A stretch of DNA of 64,000 nucleotides, from assembly GCA_041690595.1 (NCBI GenBank), contig JAWLHB010000017.1:1-64000 (forward strand). The letters run 5' to 3'. Below, piece after piece: positions 32,701 through 47,700 of the stretch. The notes below the pieces were generated by a model, which was given only the letters and a program-made list of their open reading frames with translations, was not told the DNA's origin and did not search any database. The position numbers and the translations under genes were made by a program. Each line of letters begins with the position of its first letter. Positions within the stretch are counted from its first letter, which is position 1. Origin of the DNA: Lentisphaeria bacterium (GTDB lineage Bacteria > Verrucomicrobiota > Lentisphaeria > JABSQK01 > JAWLHB01).

Positions 32701-35700
32701 CACCTGCAGTATGCCGGCTTCTTCCGTCACCGTCAGCACCGCGGGACGCATCGTGCTGCCATACCCGGTCGTTACGTTGCTCAACAGAATCGTTGCACTG
32801 TATACATTCACCGGCTGGCTCTTCGCCGCCTGTGTCAATCTCACTTCAATCAAAGCCGACTGATCCGGGTCCAGAACACCACCCGCCGACGACAGCGACA
32901 GCCACGCCGGTGCCGGCGACGCAAATCCTGCCGACCAGCTCAGCGGCTGCTCGCCCGTGTTCTTCAACGTGTAGCCCTTGGTCAAGTTGCTGAACGGACC
33001 GCCAAACGCGCCGGTCGCGCTGAATCCGGCGGCGTCATCCACCGTCAGGAAACCAAGGCTCGGATCCTGAACATCCAGAATCGCGGTGCGACTCGTCGTC
33101 CCCAGCCCCGTCAGCTGATTGATGAAGAAGATCGTGTCGCTGTACGTTCCGGTGCCGAGTACGCGCGAACCACTGTTGATCGATACCCGCACCCGCACCG
33201 TCTCGTCGGTCATCAAAGTTCCCGACTCGCTCGACAGGCTGAGCCATGCCGCGTTCGACACGGCCGACCATGTCAGCGGCAGACCGCCGGTGTTCGACAG
33301 GTCATAGATCATGAACTCGCCACTCAGATCGGTGTTCTCCGCGCCGCTGGCAACGAAGTCTGTCTCCGGCGTCACCGTCAGGAAGCCAGGCTCATCGTTG
33401 ATGACCAGAACCGCCGAGCGACTGGTGCTGCCATGACCATTCGTGGCATTGCCAAACAGGATGATCGCCGTGTAGACGCCTTCGCCCAGATCCAGCGCTT
33501 CGCGCGTCAAGGCCACATCCACCGCGGCATTTTCACCAGCTTCCAGCGAACCTGCGCTACCCGAAAGTGCCAGCCAACCAACATTCGTGCCGGTCAGCTC
33601 AGCCGTCCAGTTCATACGGTCGCCGCCAGTATTGGTCATCGTGTAACTCATGCGGTTCACGGTGAACTCTCCACCGCTTGGCCCGGCACTCCGGAAGCCA
33701 TCCAGCTGATCGATCGTCAGGAACGCCGCAGACGGATCCTGTATGTCGAGCACCGCAAAGCGCGTCGTTGTGCCATTGCCACCCGCCGCATTGAACGTGA
33801 TCACATCCGTATAGATGCCAGGTGTCAGCAGACGCGCCGTGTTGTTGATCGCGGCTACCACCTCGTCGATGTCGCCAGGCAGCAAGGTCCCACCCGCATT
33901 CGACAGGCTCAGCCAGGTCGCGCTCTTCTCCGCGCTCCAGTCGATACTGACTCCACCAGGATTCGACAAGGTGAACCTCGCGTCACTCAGGTTGCTGGTA
34001 TCGCCACCAGCCACGCTGCTGGCCGTCAGCCCATCGGGACCCTCGACCACCAACTGACCCGCCTCCTGATTCACCGTCAGGATGATTGAACGCGTGGTAC
34101 TGACCGCTGTCGTCACATTCTCGATCGTCAGCGTCGCACTGTACACGCCCGTCGTCAACGCGTTGGCTGATGGATTCAGTACCACGTCCATTGTGGCGCT
34201 TGCTTCACCATCCAAGGCGCCTGCACGCTGCGAGAGACTGACCCACGACGCATTTACCGACGCCGACCAGGTCAACTCGCTGTCGCCCGCATTCGTCAGA
34301 ATGTACGCCCTGTTCGTCGGCAGGAACGGACCGCCTTCCTTACCATGAGCACTGAAGCCTTCGCTATCTTCCACGATCAGCAGGCCAGTCGTGATCTGCT
34401 GCGCCTCGAGGACCACCGCGCGAGTCGTCGTGCCGTTGCCAGTATCCACATTGCTGAAGATCAGCGTATCCGTGTGAACGCCTGCTCCAAGCGCATGCGC
34501 CGCAACATTCACCGCCACCATCACCTCTACGCTCTCACTCGGCAGCAGTGATCCAGCCGTTGACGACAGCGACAGCCAGTTGGCCGTCTTGCCGGCGCTC
34601 CAGTTGACCGTCATGCCGCCGCTGTTGCGCAGCGTATAGGTGGTGCTCAGCGGCGCAAAACCGCCTCCAACCACACCCGTCGTCTCAAACGGCGTCGTCT
34701 CCACAACCTGCAGATGGCCAGGATCCTGATCCACATACAGCACCAGCGAACGCGTCGTATTGCCATAGCTGTAGTCCACATTGCTGAAGAACAGCACCGC
34801 CGCATGAATGCCGGCAGACTGCTTGTTCGCTTCTGCATTGACCACTACCGACACCACCGCGCTCTGTTCTGGCTCGAGCGTGCCTTCCGCATTCGTCAAG
34901 CTCACCCACGCAGCCGTCGTCGTCACCGACCAGGTGAACGGCAGCGTACCCGTGTTCGTCACCGTATAGCTCGTCACATTGTCGCCGTCGCTATCCACGA
35001 ATGGACCGCCCAACGGACCTGTCGCGCTGAAGCCATCCGCCGGCGTTACGCTCATGAAGCCGATCGCATTGTCCTGAACATCCAGAACCAGGTCCACCGC
35101 CATGTCGCCAAGATGATTTGTCATGTTCACGAACGACAGCGTCTCTGTCCACATCGCCGGGCTCAGCCCGCGCGCCAGAACGTTGATCGAGATGTCGATG
35201 GTCTTGCTTTCATCCCGCTGCAGCGTACCGCTTGTCTCCGAAACCGACACCCAGGCCGCGCCACTGCCAACTACTGACCATGCCAGCTCCATGTCACCAA
35301 CGTTCTCGATGGTGTACTGGAACACGGACGGACTGAACGCCCCATACTGCGCCCCCGTACTGAACATCGTCTCCGCTCCGTCGACTGCCAGCTTCGCCGG
35401 CGCCGTCGAGACCGTCAACAACAGCGGACGAGTCGTGTCACCCTGATGGTTCGTGCTGTTCGTGAAGATCACCTCGCCTGTGTAAACGCCATCTGCCAAC
35501 GTATTGGCGACGCTGTTCACATCGACGGACACGCTGATCTGCTCGCCGGCTTCCAGGCGACCACCCTTATCGGAGATGCTGACCCAGTTCGCACTGCCTT
35601 CCGCCGTCCACAGCAGGTACTGGCTGCCAACGTTGCGCAAGGTATAGGTGATCGTCGGATCGTCGTTATTGGCCGTGCGGAACGGTCCCTGGAACGGTCC

Positions 35701-38700
35701 TGAAGCCGCCAGACCCGCGGTACCAGTGACCTCCAGATGGCCTATCGCACCATCTTCAACCGTCAGGGTCACCAGACGCTCTTCCACACCACCAGTGCTG
35801 CTGAAGACCAAGGTGTCCGTATACGTACCGGCACTCATGGCATTCGCACTGCTGTTGATGAATACCGTAACATCGGCAATACCCTTGAGGTCAAGCGTGC
35901 CCGCCGTGCTGCCCAAGGTCAGCCAGCCAGCCGTCTTGCTCAGTGACCAATCGATGGCCGCACCACCGGTGTTCTCCACAGTGTAAACGAAGCTCGACGG
36001 AATGAAGCCGCCGCCCTGCGGACCGGTTGCATTCCCGATCTCCTCCGGCGTCACCGTCAGCAGGCCCGGGCTGTCCAGTAACGTCAACACCGCCGCGCGG
36101 CTCGTCGACCCCACACCATCCGTCGTGTTGCTGAAGAGGATCGTGTCGCTGTACACCCCAGCCGACAGATTCTTCGCCGATCCCGTGATCACCACCGTCA
36201 CCTTGGTGCTTACGCCCGGTTCAAGCGTACCGCGGTCATTCGAAAGCGTCAGCCAGGATGCACCATTCAAGGTGGCTGCTGACCAAGTGAAGGCAGAGGC
36301 GCCTTCGTTCGTCAACGTGTACTCGGCTTTCGACGGAGCAAAGGTCGCACTACCCACCGCGCCAACGCTGCTGAATCCGTCACGTTCCGCCACCAGCAGA
36401 TAGCCCGTATCCAGGCTCTGCACATCCAGAACGAACGGCACGACCCTGTCGCCATTGCCGAACTCTACATTGGTGAAGCTGATCGCCGCCGTGTGCGTTC
36501 CAGGCAGAAGCGCACGCGCTGCCGCGTTCAAACTCGCCGTTACCGTGATCGTGGCCCCAGACGCCAACACGCCAGACGTGTTGCTGATCGAGATCCAATC
36601 CTTGTCTGAGCCGATTCTCCAGCTGAAGCTCTTGCCACCACTGTTGCTGACCAGCCAGGTCGTCGGGCTGTCGCCGACAAATGCACCACCACGCGGGCCT
36701 GATGCCGACAACGTATCCGCACCTGTCAGCGTCAACTGGCCATCGCCGCGATACATGTTCAACACCACCGCGCGATCGCCACCACCAGTGCCACTGGTCA
36801 TGTTCACAAACGAGATCGTGTCCGTATAGACGCCATCGCCAAGCGCCTGCGCAAGATTGTTGACCCGGACCACCACGTCCACCGAACTGTTCGGCTCAAG
36901 AACGCCACTCTGCGCGCTCAAGCTCAGCCAGTTGCCCGTCACCGTGGCCGACCAACCGAAGGCACTGCCGCCACTGTTTTCCAGAGTATAGGTTTGGGTC
37001 CCAGGCGTGAAAGCTCCATCCGCGGAACCAAAGGAACTGAGACCATCCAACGGCGTCACGAGGAGGAAACCGATGCCTGGATCATAGATGTCCAGAACCA
37101 CCTGACGCGTCGTGTCACCATTGCCGTTGCTCATGTTGCGGAACGTCAGCGTATCCACATGGGTGCCAACCGCCAGGTCGCGTGCCTGTGTGTTCACCTG
37201 CGCCGTTACCGTGTAAATCGTGCCCGCCTGCAGCGTGCCGCTGGTCGCCGACAACGTAATCCACGATTGCGTCTTCACCACGCTCCAGTCCACCGCTTCA
37301 CTGCCTGGGTTCTCCAGCGTGTAGCTTCTCGACACCTGCGTGAAGTTGGCATTCATGGCTTCCGTGGCGACAAAGTCTTCCTGATCGCGTACCACGATCC
37401 GGCCAGGTTCGTCGCTCACCACCACCTGCACATTCCGCGTCGTGCTACCCTGTGTTCCATTGCTCAGATTGCTGAAGACGATCGTGTCCTCATGCAGACC
37501 AACCGGCAACTGATACGTCTGGCTGTTCAACATCACCAGCACTGTCACGCTCACACCAGGATCGAGCCAACCACCAGCGGTCGACAGACTCACCCAGCTA
37601 TTCGTATGCACGGCCGACCAGCCGAAGGCATTCTCGCCTTCGTTCGTCAGGATAAACTGCATGTCTGCCTCGTCAAAGACGAACGGCCCACCAAGCTCAC
37701 CATTGACCGTGATGCCTGTCGCCGGACTGACCACCAGATAACCAAGGTCGCTCTCGCGCACTTCCAGAACGATCTCGCGGAAGGTGTCGCCCTTGCCGAA
37801 GCTGGACGCCGTGAGGTTCGCAAACTCCAGACGAGCAGCATGATCACCTGACGCCAGCGCCGCCGCCCCATCATTCAATGTCGCGGTCACCACCACTTGG
37901 CCTTGCGGCGCAAGCTGGCCATTCGTCAGCGACAAGGAGATCCAGGTCGCATCCGTGTCAACTGACCAACTCATGTCCGTTGAACCGACGTTCTCTATCG
38001 TATAGGCAAATGCCATCGGCGTGAAGGGGCCGCCCACCTTACCAGCGGCAGCGCTCACTCCCGTCTCGATCACATTCAGCTCAGCATCCGTATCGTTCAG
38101 CGTCAGCACGACCCCACGTGTCGTGTTCCCAAGCTGATTGCGCGTGTTGCTGAAGACGATCATCTCGCTGTACACGCCTTCCGCAAGCAGGCGGGCAAGG
38201 CTGTTGATGCGCACCGTTACCATCGTGCTCCCACCAGCTTCCAAGGCACCGCTGCCGCTGCTGATCGTGACCCAGTTCGCTCCAGCGACCTTCGTCGCGG
38301 ACCAGGTGATCGGCTGACCACCGGCATTCTGCAACGTATAGGTGATCTCGGCCGGCGTATAGCTCGTGGAGCCGACGTTGCCGCTGCTCAGCAGACCAAC
38401 CTCGCTCTCCTCTCCTTCAAACAGCACCTGCAGCACCCCGACGCTGTCATCCAGAACGAGCAGCTCCACCTGACGCGACGTCGTACCGATGCCGCCGCTG
38501 TTGTTGCTGAAGGTAATCGTATCGCTGTAGCTGCCCGCGGCCATCGTGCGCGCCACGTTGTTGAAGGTCACCGTCACCGTGCTCTTCTCGCCCGGAAGCA
38601 AGGTGCCACTGACGCTCGACAGACTGATCCAGCTGCTCTGCTTGACTGCCGACCAGTCCAACGGACGACCACCAGTATTCTCCAGCGTGTAGTTCCGCGT

Positions 38701-41700
38701 GCTCTCGCTCACCATGCCGGTGCTGTTAGCGATGCCGCTGAAGATGCTCGCGTTGTCTACGATCAACGACGCCGGCTGCTGGTTGATGGTCAGCACGATC
38801 GTTCTCTGCGTGCTGCCCAAACCGGTTACCGTATTCACAAAGCTGACCGTATCACTGTAGGCGCCAGCGCCATACGTATTCGCCACCGAGTTGATATGCA
38901 CTTCGACCTGCGCCTGGGCGCCGGCTTCCAGATAACCTTCGCTCGCCGAAAGGCTCAGCCAGTCAGCGCTCTTCGTTGCCGTCCACGACAGCCCTTCGCT
39001 CAAGCTCTCGTTGCTCAACGTGTAGACGATCACCTCAGGTGCGAATGTGCCCCCTTCCGGACCGTAGCTGCTCAGCGTTTCAGTATCCGGATTGACACTC
39101 AGGAAGCCCAGCGGCGCATCCAGCACATCCAGCGCCACATTCCGCACTGCTGTGCCAAGGTCGTTTGTCGTATTCTGGAAGGTCACCAGATCCGTCGCCG
39201 TACCGACCGGCAACTGCACACTGGCCAGGCCGTTGATCGAAACCGTGATCGTGATCTCTTCGTCAGCCAGAAGCGTACCGCGGGTGTCCGACAGCGTCAG
39301 CCAATCCCGCAGATTGTCAGCCGTCCAGCCTATCGCCTGACCACCAATGTTCTTCAACGTGTACGTCGCGCTACGCGGCAGGAACTCCCCGCCAAGCGCT
39401 CCGCTCGCCTTGAATACACCGCCGTCAGCCTCGACTTCATCACTGTTGGTCACTTCCAACTGCCCAGGCTCTTGAGAGATTATCAACAGAACCGAACGCA
39501 CCACATCACCGTTATGGGTGCTCCTGTTGGCAATGCGAATTACCTCTGTGTAGCTGCCCGCGGACAAAGCCTTGGCCTGACTGTTGATCGATACCGTCAG
39601 CTCCGTACTCTGACCGGCTTCCAGACGTCCTTCCGTGGCCGACAACGACACCCACACCTGACCGACTTGCTTGTCTGCAGACCAGTTGAAGCCTTCACCG
39701 CCTGAATTCCGCAGGGTGTACGTCATCGATCCGTCGATCTTGCCGCCCAGCGAACCCACGACCGTCAGTTCCGCTGCCTCTTCCACCACCAGTACGCCCA
39801 AGTCAGGATCCTGCACGTCGAGCACAATCTGACGCGTCGTATCGCCGATGTGCCGCGTTACGTTGGTGAAGCTCACCACACCCGTATAAGCATTCGGCGT
39901 CAGCGCCTGCGCCGCCACCAGATTCAAGGTCAACGAGACACTTGTGGTGCTGTTCGGCGGCAGTACCCCGTGATCGGCCGACAGTGTCGCCCAATCAACG
40001 TTCGCACTCGCCGTCCACTCCATCTCCTCGTAGCCCTTGTTCTCAATCGTGTACGTTGTCCCCAGCGGATCAAAGGTCCCGCCGAGCTCGCCTGTGCTGA
40101 CGAATGGATCGGTTTCGTTGCCGCTGACCACCAGATTCGCTTCTTCGTCACTGACGGACAGCGCCACTGTGCGCGTCGTCGACCCAAGCGCATTCTCCGT
40201 CACATTCACAAAGCGCAATGTATCCGTGTAGGCTCCCTTGATCAGATTCAACGCCAGGCTGTTCAAGCGTACCGTCACCGTCGCCGTATTATTCGGTTCG
40301 AGGATGCCACCAGCAGTTGACAGGCTCACCCAATTCGCGTCATGATCCACCGACCACTCAAGCGCTTCACCGCCGGTGTTGCTCACGATGTAGATGGTAC
40401 TGCCGTCCAGCATGGTGCGATCCATAAGGCTTACCGCGGTTTCCCAGCCCTCCAGAGGCGTCACCGTCAGGAACCCAGCCGCCGCATCCTGAACTTCCAG
40501 CGTCAGCAGACGCGTCGTCGAGCCGTTGCCATTCGTGCTGTTGGCGATCTCCAGCACGGCTCCGTAGGTGCCCGCTCCGAAGGCGTCAGCGGCGCTGTTG
40601 ATCGTGACCTGTATGTCGGCCGTCTTTCCGGGCAGTAGTGAGCCCGTCGTCGCGCTCAGCGAGATCCAACTCGCACCACCACGACTGGCTGTCCAATCCA
40701 GCGCCCGACCGCCAACGTTCTCCAACGTGTACGTCGTGCTTGCCGGCGACCAGTCGCCATAGGCTACACCCGTGCTCGTGAAGGCAGTCACCGGTGTAAC
40801 CGTCAGCATCGCCTCTTCATCACTTACCGTCAGGATCACTGCACGAGCCGTGTCGCCTGTCCGGTCGGTGATGTTGTAGAAGTACAACGTATCTTGGTAG
40901 ACGCCCGGGTTCAGGGCGCTGATCTTGCTCGCGTTGAAGGTAATCCGCACCTCGGTATCCCGCCCGGCTTCCAAAGCGCCGCGGGTACCGGAAAGGCTGA
41001 ACCAGTCCGCGCTGAACTGCGCCGACCATTCCAGCGGCTTGCCGCCACGGTTCGTCAGCGTGTAGGCGGTTGCGCCTGTCGGCACCACCATGTTACTGCC
41101 AAACTCGCTGATTCCGCTTACATCATCCGTTCCCGTCACTTCCAGGAAGCTGATCGACGGATCCCGCACTTCCAACGCCACATTGCGTGTCGTATCGCCA
41201 TTACCATTGCTGGTATTCGTGAAAGCAACGACGCTGGTATGAATGCCAATTCCCAACTGCACATTGGCTTGGCTGTTGATACTTACCCTGACTTGCTCGG
41301 TACCCCCGGACAGCAGCGTACCACCCGTCGCCGAAAGCGACAACCAGCTCGCGCTATTGATTGCCGACCAGTTCAGCGTTGTGCCGCCGGTATTCGTCAA
41401 CGTGTACACGCGCTCGGCCGGTTCGAAGGAACCACCAAGAGGACCGCTCGACTCCAGACCCGCATCCCCAGATACCAGCAGCGAAGCAGGCTCTTCCGTC
41501 AACCGCAGAACCACCATCCGTGTCGTATTGCTGGGATGCGGAGGAATTCCGATCTCAGCGAACCTGATCGACGCGGTATGCGTTCCGGCAGCCATCAGAT
41601 TCGCACTATTGTTGATCAGCGCCTTGATCGTCGTCGAGCTGTTTGCCTGAAGAATACCGCGCGTCGAGGACAGCGAGACCCAGCTCTGGTTCACTGCCGC

Positions 41701-44700
41701 CGACCATTCGATCGGAAGGCCACCGATATTCTCGATGACGTAGTCAATACCTTCAGGTGCAAACGATCCGGTACCGACATCGCCATAGCTGTTCAGCGAA
41801 TCGTTCGGCGTCACCACAAAGAAGCCGCGATCGGGACTCAGCACTTCCAGGTAAACCTTGCGGCTGGTATCACCCAACCCCAAACTCGAACCTAGTGTAA
41901 CATTGGTGAAGGACAGCGTCCCCACATGAGTCCCAACCGGCAGCCCCTTCGCCACTTCATTCAGCGACACACTCAGCAAGGTGGTCTCATCTGGCTGCAG
42001 ACGGAACCCTTCATGTGAAACTGATGCCCATGGTGCATCAAACGTTACCCTCCACTCAAGCTGCAGGTTGCCGATGTTGCGCAACGTGTAAGCCTGTGAG
42101 AGGTCGAAGCTCTTGCCCGATATCACACTGAAATGAAGCGCTTCCGTTTCATCAACCGACAATTCGCCTCGCTTGTCGGCAACATCTATGAAGACATTGC
42201 GCGTTGTATTGCCATGCCCATTGTCCACATTGTTGAAGAGCAACTGCTCCGCATGAACACCAGGCTCGAGTGTGCCGTCAAAGGCCGGTTTCGCCAGCCG
42301 TACCTCTACCGAAATGGACTCGCCAGGCTCCAGATTACCATCCAGAGACGTCAGGCTGACCCAGTTCGTATTCAGACCGCGACGAACTTGCCAGTGCAGC
42401 GTCGAACCACCGATATTCTGAACGGTCCACGACTCCGAACTCGGCTGATAGTCATCGGCAAAATCGCCAACGAACCTCGCATCCTCGGGTCCGCTGACCA
42501 GCATCATCGGCGCCACCGACGACAGCACTTGCAGCACCGCATCGCGATCTGTCGTTCCGATTCCACTTCCCGTACCGTTCGTGAAGTGCACCAGAGCGGA
42601 ATAGCTATTCTCCGCCAGCGTCGCGGCAACGCTCGTCAATTCGACTACCACTACCGTGCTGTCGCCCGGCAGCAGCTGACCTTCCGTGCTGGAGAGCGAC
42701 AGCCAGGAAGCCGTGGCTTCCGCCGTCCATTCCAGTGGCGCACCACCAGTATTGGCCAGGAGATACGATTTGCTCGACGGCTGGAAGCTGCCACCCACCT
42801 TACCGTACGAGGTGAATGCATCCTCACTACCGCCTGCCGTGGTCACCGAAAGCACCGACTCTTCGCTGCTCACCGTCAGAGAGAGTGGACGCGTTGTCGT
42901 GCCTTCACCACTCAACGTATTGATAAAGCTCAGCGTGCCATTGTAGATGCCCGGGCTCTTCGAGTTCGCCACGTTGTTCACGCTGGCCACCACCGATACC
43001 GTATCGCCTACTTCCAGGACACCCGCACTCGACGACAGACTCAGCCAGTCCACGTCCGTGGTCGCCGACCAGGTCAGACGCTCCCCACCCATGTTCTCCA
43101 GAACGTAGCTCTGGCTGTTGGACTGGAAGGGTCCCCCTACTTGACCGAATGCAGTGACCCCAACCTGAGGCGTCACATCCAGGAAACCAAGCGCTGGATC
43201 GAACAGCGAGAATACCACATCGCGGGTCGTGTCACCATTCGTGCTGCCCACGTTGTCAAACGTCAGGACTGCCGTACGCACCCCGGGCGTCAGGAACTGG
43301 CTTGCCTCGTTTGTCAGCAGCACCTGCACCGTCTGCGACTGCAACGGCAACAGACTGCCGCCCGTGGCCGAAAGCTTGACCCAGGACTTACTGGAGCTCG
43401 CCGACCAGTTGAGTACCTGACCACCCGTGTTCGTGATCACGTACGAGGTGAGGGACTGCGTGAAAGTACCGCCTACTGCACCACTGATCTGCACACCCTC
43501 TGCTTTGTCCAAGGCAAGAATCGCCGGTTCCTGGCTAACCGACAACAGCAGGCGACGCTCCTGCACGTTGCTCAGCGGCGTCGGCGTGTAGAAGCGGATT
43601 CTGCCTGCGTAGGGCAAGGCCATCGCTGGCAGTGTCCTGGCGATCGGGCTGATCTGAGCCACAACCTCATAGCTCTCTCCGCCAAGCAGGTTACCTTCGT
43701 GTGTCGACAGACTTATCCAACTCACGTCAGCAGTGACAGACCAGCGAATCGACTCTTCGCCCGTGTTCGTCAGCGTATAGAGCACCTGCGTCGGCGTGAA
43801 GGGACCACCTACCACTCCAAAGCTGTTCAGCGTCGTACTTGGCGATATATCGAGGAAGGAAGCATCACGTGGACGCAGGTCAAGCCGAAGCTCACGCGTG
43901 GTATTGCCAAGTCCGTTCGCTGAACCAACCGTCGTATTGTCGAAGGCAAGATCCAGTGTGGCTCCAGGCGCGGCCATGGTCGATACGCTTGACTGAATGA
44001 TCTGCACAAAGATCGTCGTCTCACCAAACGGCGGCAGCACACCGCGATTGGCTGACAACGTAGCCCAGGCCGGCATGACCGTCGGTATCTGCCAGGACAT
44101 GATCTCCGTACCAAGGTTCCTGATCGTGATATTGTGCCTGTCCGGGCTAACCTCGTCGCCCACTGTGCCAAACGTAACGAACGGACCGCTTTGCACCACT
44201 TCCAGTTCAGGCTGCTTGTTCATCACCGCCAGGCTGACGCCGCGGGTCGTGTCGCTCGCTGGATTATCCAGGCACCTGAAGAGAACTGAGGTCGTATAGA
44301 CGCCCTGTTCAAGCAGCGCCGCGCTATTGCTTATCCGCACTACCACCTGGGCAGATTGGAGCGGCTCCAGTTCCCCAATGGTTGCACTGGCCGTGACCCA
44401 ACTGCGAAGCGGGGAAATATTCACCCTCCACCGGGCGCGAGCACCACCTGTATTGGTGATGGTGTACGTCGTCTCCTCCGGCAGCCAGGGCCCTTCATAT
44501 TCCTGACCACTGGCAAAGAAGCCTTCGGCCGGATCCACGGTGATGAAGGCGATTGAAGCTGGCTGCAACTCGAGGATCGCCCGGCGCATGATATCTTCCG
44601 TGCCACTGCCAGGTGCTCCAAAGAAGATCGACGCCGATTGCGTCGAACCAGTCAGTGCCTTCGCCGCGGAGTTGAACGAAACCTCTACCGTGGTGCTCTT

Positions 44701-47700
44701 GCCAGGCAACAATTGGCCGGCCTGCGTAGAAAGCGTCAGCCAGCTCACGCTGGTGTAGGCTGTCCACGTCAGCGTCTCGCCACCCATATTGCTCACGGTG
44801 TAAATCTTTGAACTCACGCCGACGAAGTTGCGGCTGTCATCCAGTACTCCCAGCAGATGGTCGTTGGTCGGATCGTCGTCGCCATCGCTCACGGCAAGCA
44901 TCCCCTCCTCATCACTCACCGTCAACTGCACAAAGCGGTCGACGCTCAGTCCATTGGTGCTGTCGGTGAAGGTGATGATGGCGCTGTGGAAGCCGGCCGC
45001 CAGTGAGTTTGCGCTGTTGTTCAGCGAAATCGTCACGTTCGTCTGACCACTCGGGGCAAGCGTGCCTGTGCCATGACTGAAGCTTACCCAGTTCTGGTTC
45101 TTCGATACAGACCAGTTCAGGTTCTCGCCGCCCAGATTTTCCAACTGATACGTCTCAGACGATGTGAACGGACCATTGACCTTGCCGAACACCGTCAATG
45201 CGGTCGACGGCGTTACCGACAGGAAGCCGGTTGATGCGTCGAAGACCTCCAGAATGACGTTGCGCACGATCGTGTTGCTCGGCTCCAACTGATTCACAAA
45301 GCTGATCGTCGCCGTGTGAACGCCCTGAGCCAGGGTCACTTCCGCGCTGTTGCGCAGATTCACCGTTACCACTTCGCTGGCGCCCGGCAGCAGATAGCCG
45401 TCCGTGCTCGACAGCGTGAACCAGTTCGAGGAGTAACCGATCGACCAGTTCACGATCTCTCCGCCACTGTTGGACAACACGTAGCCCTTGTTCGCTGGCG
45501 TGAAACTTCCACCCAACGGACCGCTCGCCTGGAACGTATTCACCGTATCGCCTGCCGGCAAACCAACGCTCAGAATGCCCGGATCACCGTTCACCATGAG
45601 CGTAACGCTACGCGCCGTCGTGCCGAGCTGTGTGGTCGTATTCTCAAAGCTGATCAGCGCACTGTAGTTGCCGCCGGCAAGCATCCGCGCCGAGCTGTTG
45701 AAGGCAAGCGAAACCGTGGCGCTCGCGCTCGGCTCAAGGCGACCACCCTGACTCGACAGTGTGAACCAGTTCGCCGCTGTTGTCGCCGACCAGTCAATCG
45801 CCTGGCTGCCGTCATTCCTCAGCGTGTACACATTGCCACTGCCGCTGAAGGCAAAGTCGCCACCAACTGCTCCTGTCGCCAGAATCCCGGTTGACGGGCT
45901 CACCGTCAGATGGCCTTCGCCACCTTCTTCAACACGCAGTACCAGCGTCCGAAGGATGCTTTCGCCACTCGTCCCGTTCGTGAAGGTAAGCGTCACGGAA
46001 TACACGCCGGCCGACAGATCGCGAGCACGACTGTTGACCGCGATATCGACCAGCTCGCTTGCCGTCGCTTCGAGTTGACCACCGGACGAGGAGACATGCA
46101 GCCAGTTCGGCATGCTCGAAAGCCCGATCGACCAGCTGATCGGTGCACCACCGCTATTGGAAACCGTGTAGGTGATGCTCATATCCGACCGATCCGTCAA
46201 GTCCTCGCCCTCGATCATGCTCAGATCCAGATTGCCATTGGGCGAGACGGCCAATTCGCCCGCTCCGCCACCGACTCGCAGAATCACGGTACGGGTCGTA
46301 CTGCCAAGGCTATTGGTCATGTTCGTAAACTGCACGGCGGCCGTATAGACACCCGCACTCAGGGTGTTGGCGCCACTGGTTACGCGCACAGTCACCGTGA
46401 CCGTGCCATCGCCCTGCAACTGACCACTGCTGCTGGAGATGCTCACCCAGCCAATACTGGCGTCCGCAAGCTGCACGCTCCACGACATCGGCTCGTCACC
46501 GATGTTCGCCAGCATGTAGCTCTGCGCGATGTCGCTCAGCACCCCGACACTCATCGAGCCATCCAGATCCTGCGCCGGGCTCACCGTCAGGCTCGCCGCG
46601 TCCAGCGCCGCAACCTGCAGCTCCACATCGTAGCTGTACGAGGTCGTTCCGGTCGCATTGCTTATTACCAGCGTGTCCGTATAGGTGCCGGCTGTCTTGA
46701 AGTTAGCCGCCGATGTGAGCGCCACCGTCAGATTGAAGGTGTCGCCGGTACCCAACACTCCACTCTGCGCACTGAGCATCAGCCAATCGGCGTTGCCGGT
46801 CAGGTTCGCCGACCAGCCAAGTTCGCCGATGCCGGCGTTCGTCAGCACATAAGTCCAATTCGCCGCGACGAACGGCCCGCCAGTCGGACCAGCCGACAGC
46901 ATCTGGGAATCGCCCGTCACGTCCAGCAGAGGCACCGTCTGACCGACCGACAGCAACGCCACGCGCGTCGTGTCGCCGAGACCTGCAGTCGTCATGTTGT
47001 TAAAGCTGATGAGACCGGAGTAGTTCCCCACCCCCAGCAACTTCGCACGCTGATTCAGCGATACACTTACAATGATCGAGGCGTTCGGCTGCAGCAGACC
47101 CGTATGGCTGCTCAGCGTCACCCAGTCCATCTCCGCGGCGACCGACCACGCCAGCGTCGAGTTGCCATTGTTGGTCAGCGTGTAGCTCTTCGTGCCGCCG
47201 CTGAACGGACCGGCAACAGGACCGACCGCCACCAGGTTCGCCAGATCCGTGACCGTCAACACGCCGCTCGTCGGCGCATCCAGTTGCAGGACCACGATAC
47301 GTCCCGTCACCAGAACGCCGTCCATGTAGAAGCCGATGGTCTCCGTGTACGTGCCGGCTGCCTTGATATTCGCTTCACGCGTCAACGTTACCGAGATCCC
47401 AGCACTATCGGCCGTCTCAGTCGCACTGAACGGCGCCAGCGTACCTTCCGAGAAGGAGAGGCGCAGCCAATCGGCGCCACCCGCCAGGGCCGCGCTCCAC
47501 GACAGCGGCTCACCGCCAACGTTGTTAACGGTATACACAGTGCTCAGGCCCGCAAGCGCATCACCAACCTCGCCGTTCACCTGCCAGTTGCTGTCGGTGA
47601 CCACCGTCATCGCCGCCGGCGACTCACTGATCGTCAGCTGAATCGGTCGAACCGTCGAGCCAAGGCCCGAACTCGACTCCAGAACCAGCGTATTCGTCAG

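Noticed and set aside
31822..34089. 755-aa plus-strand ORF
   Set aside because: Shadow of the giant gene, with the Arg/His/Gln-rich composition expected from its codon bias.
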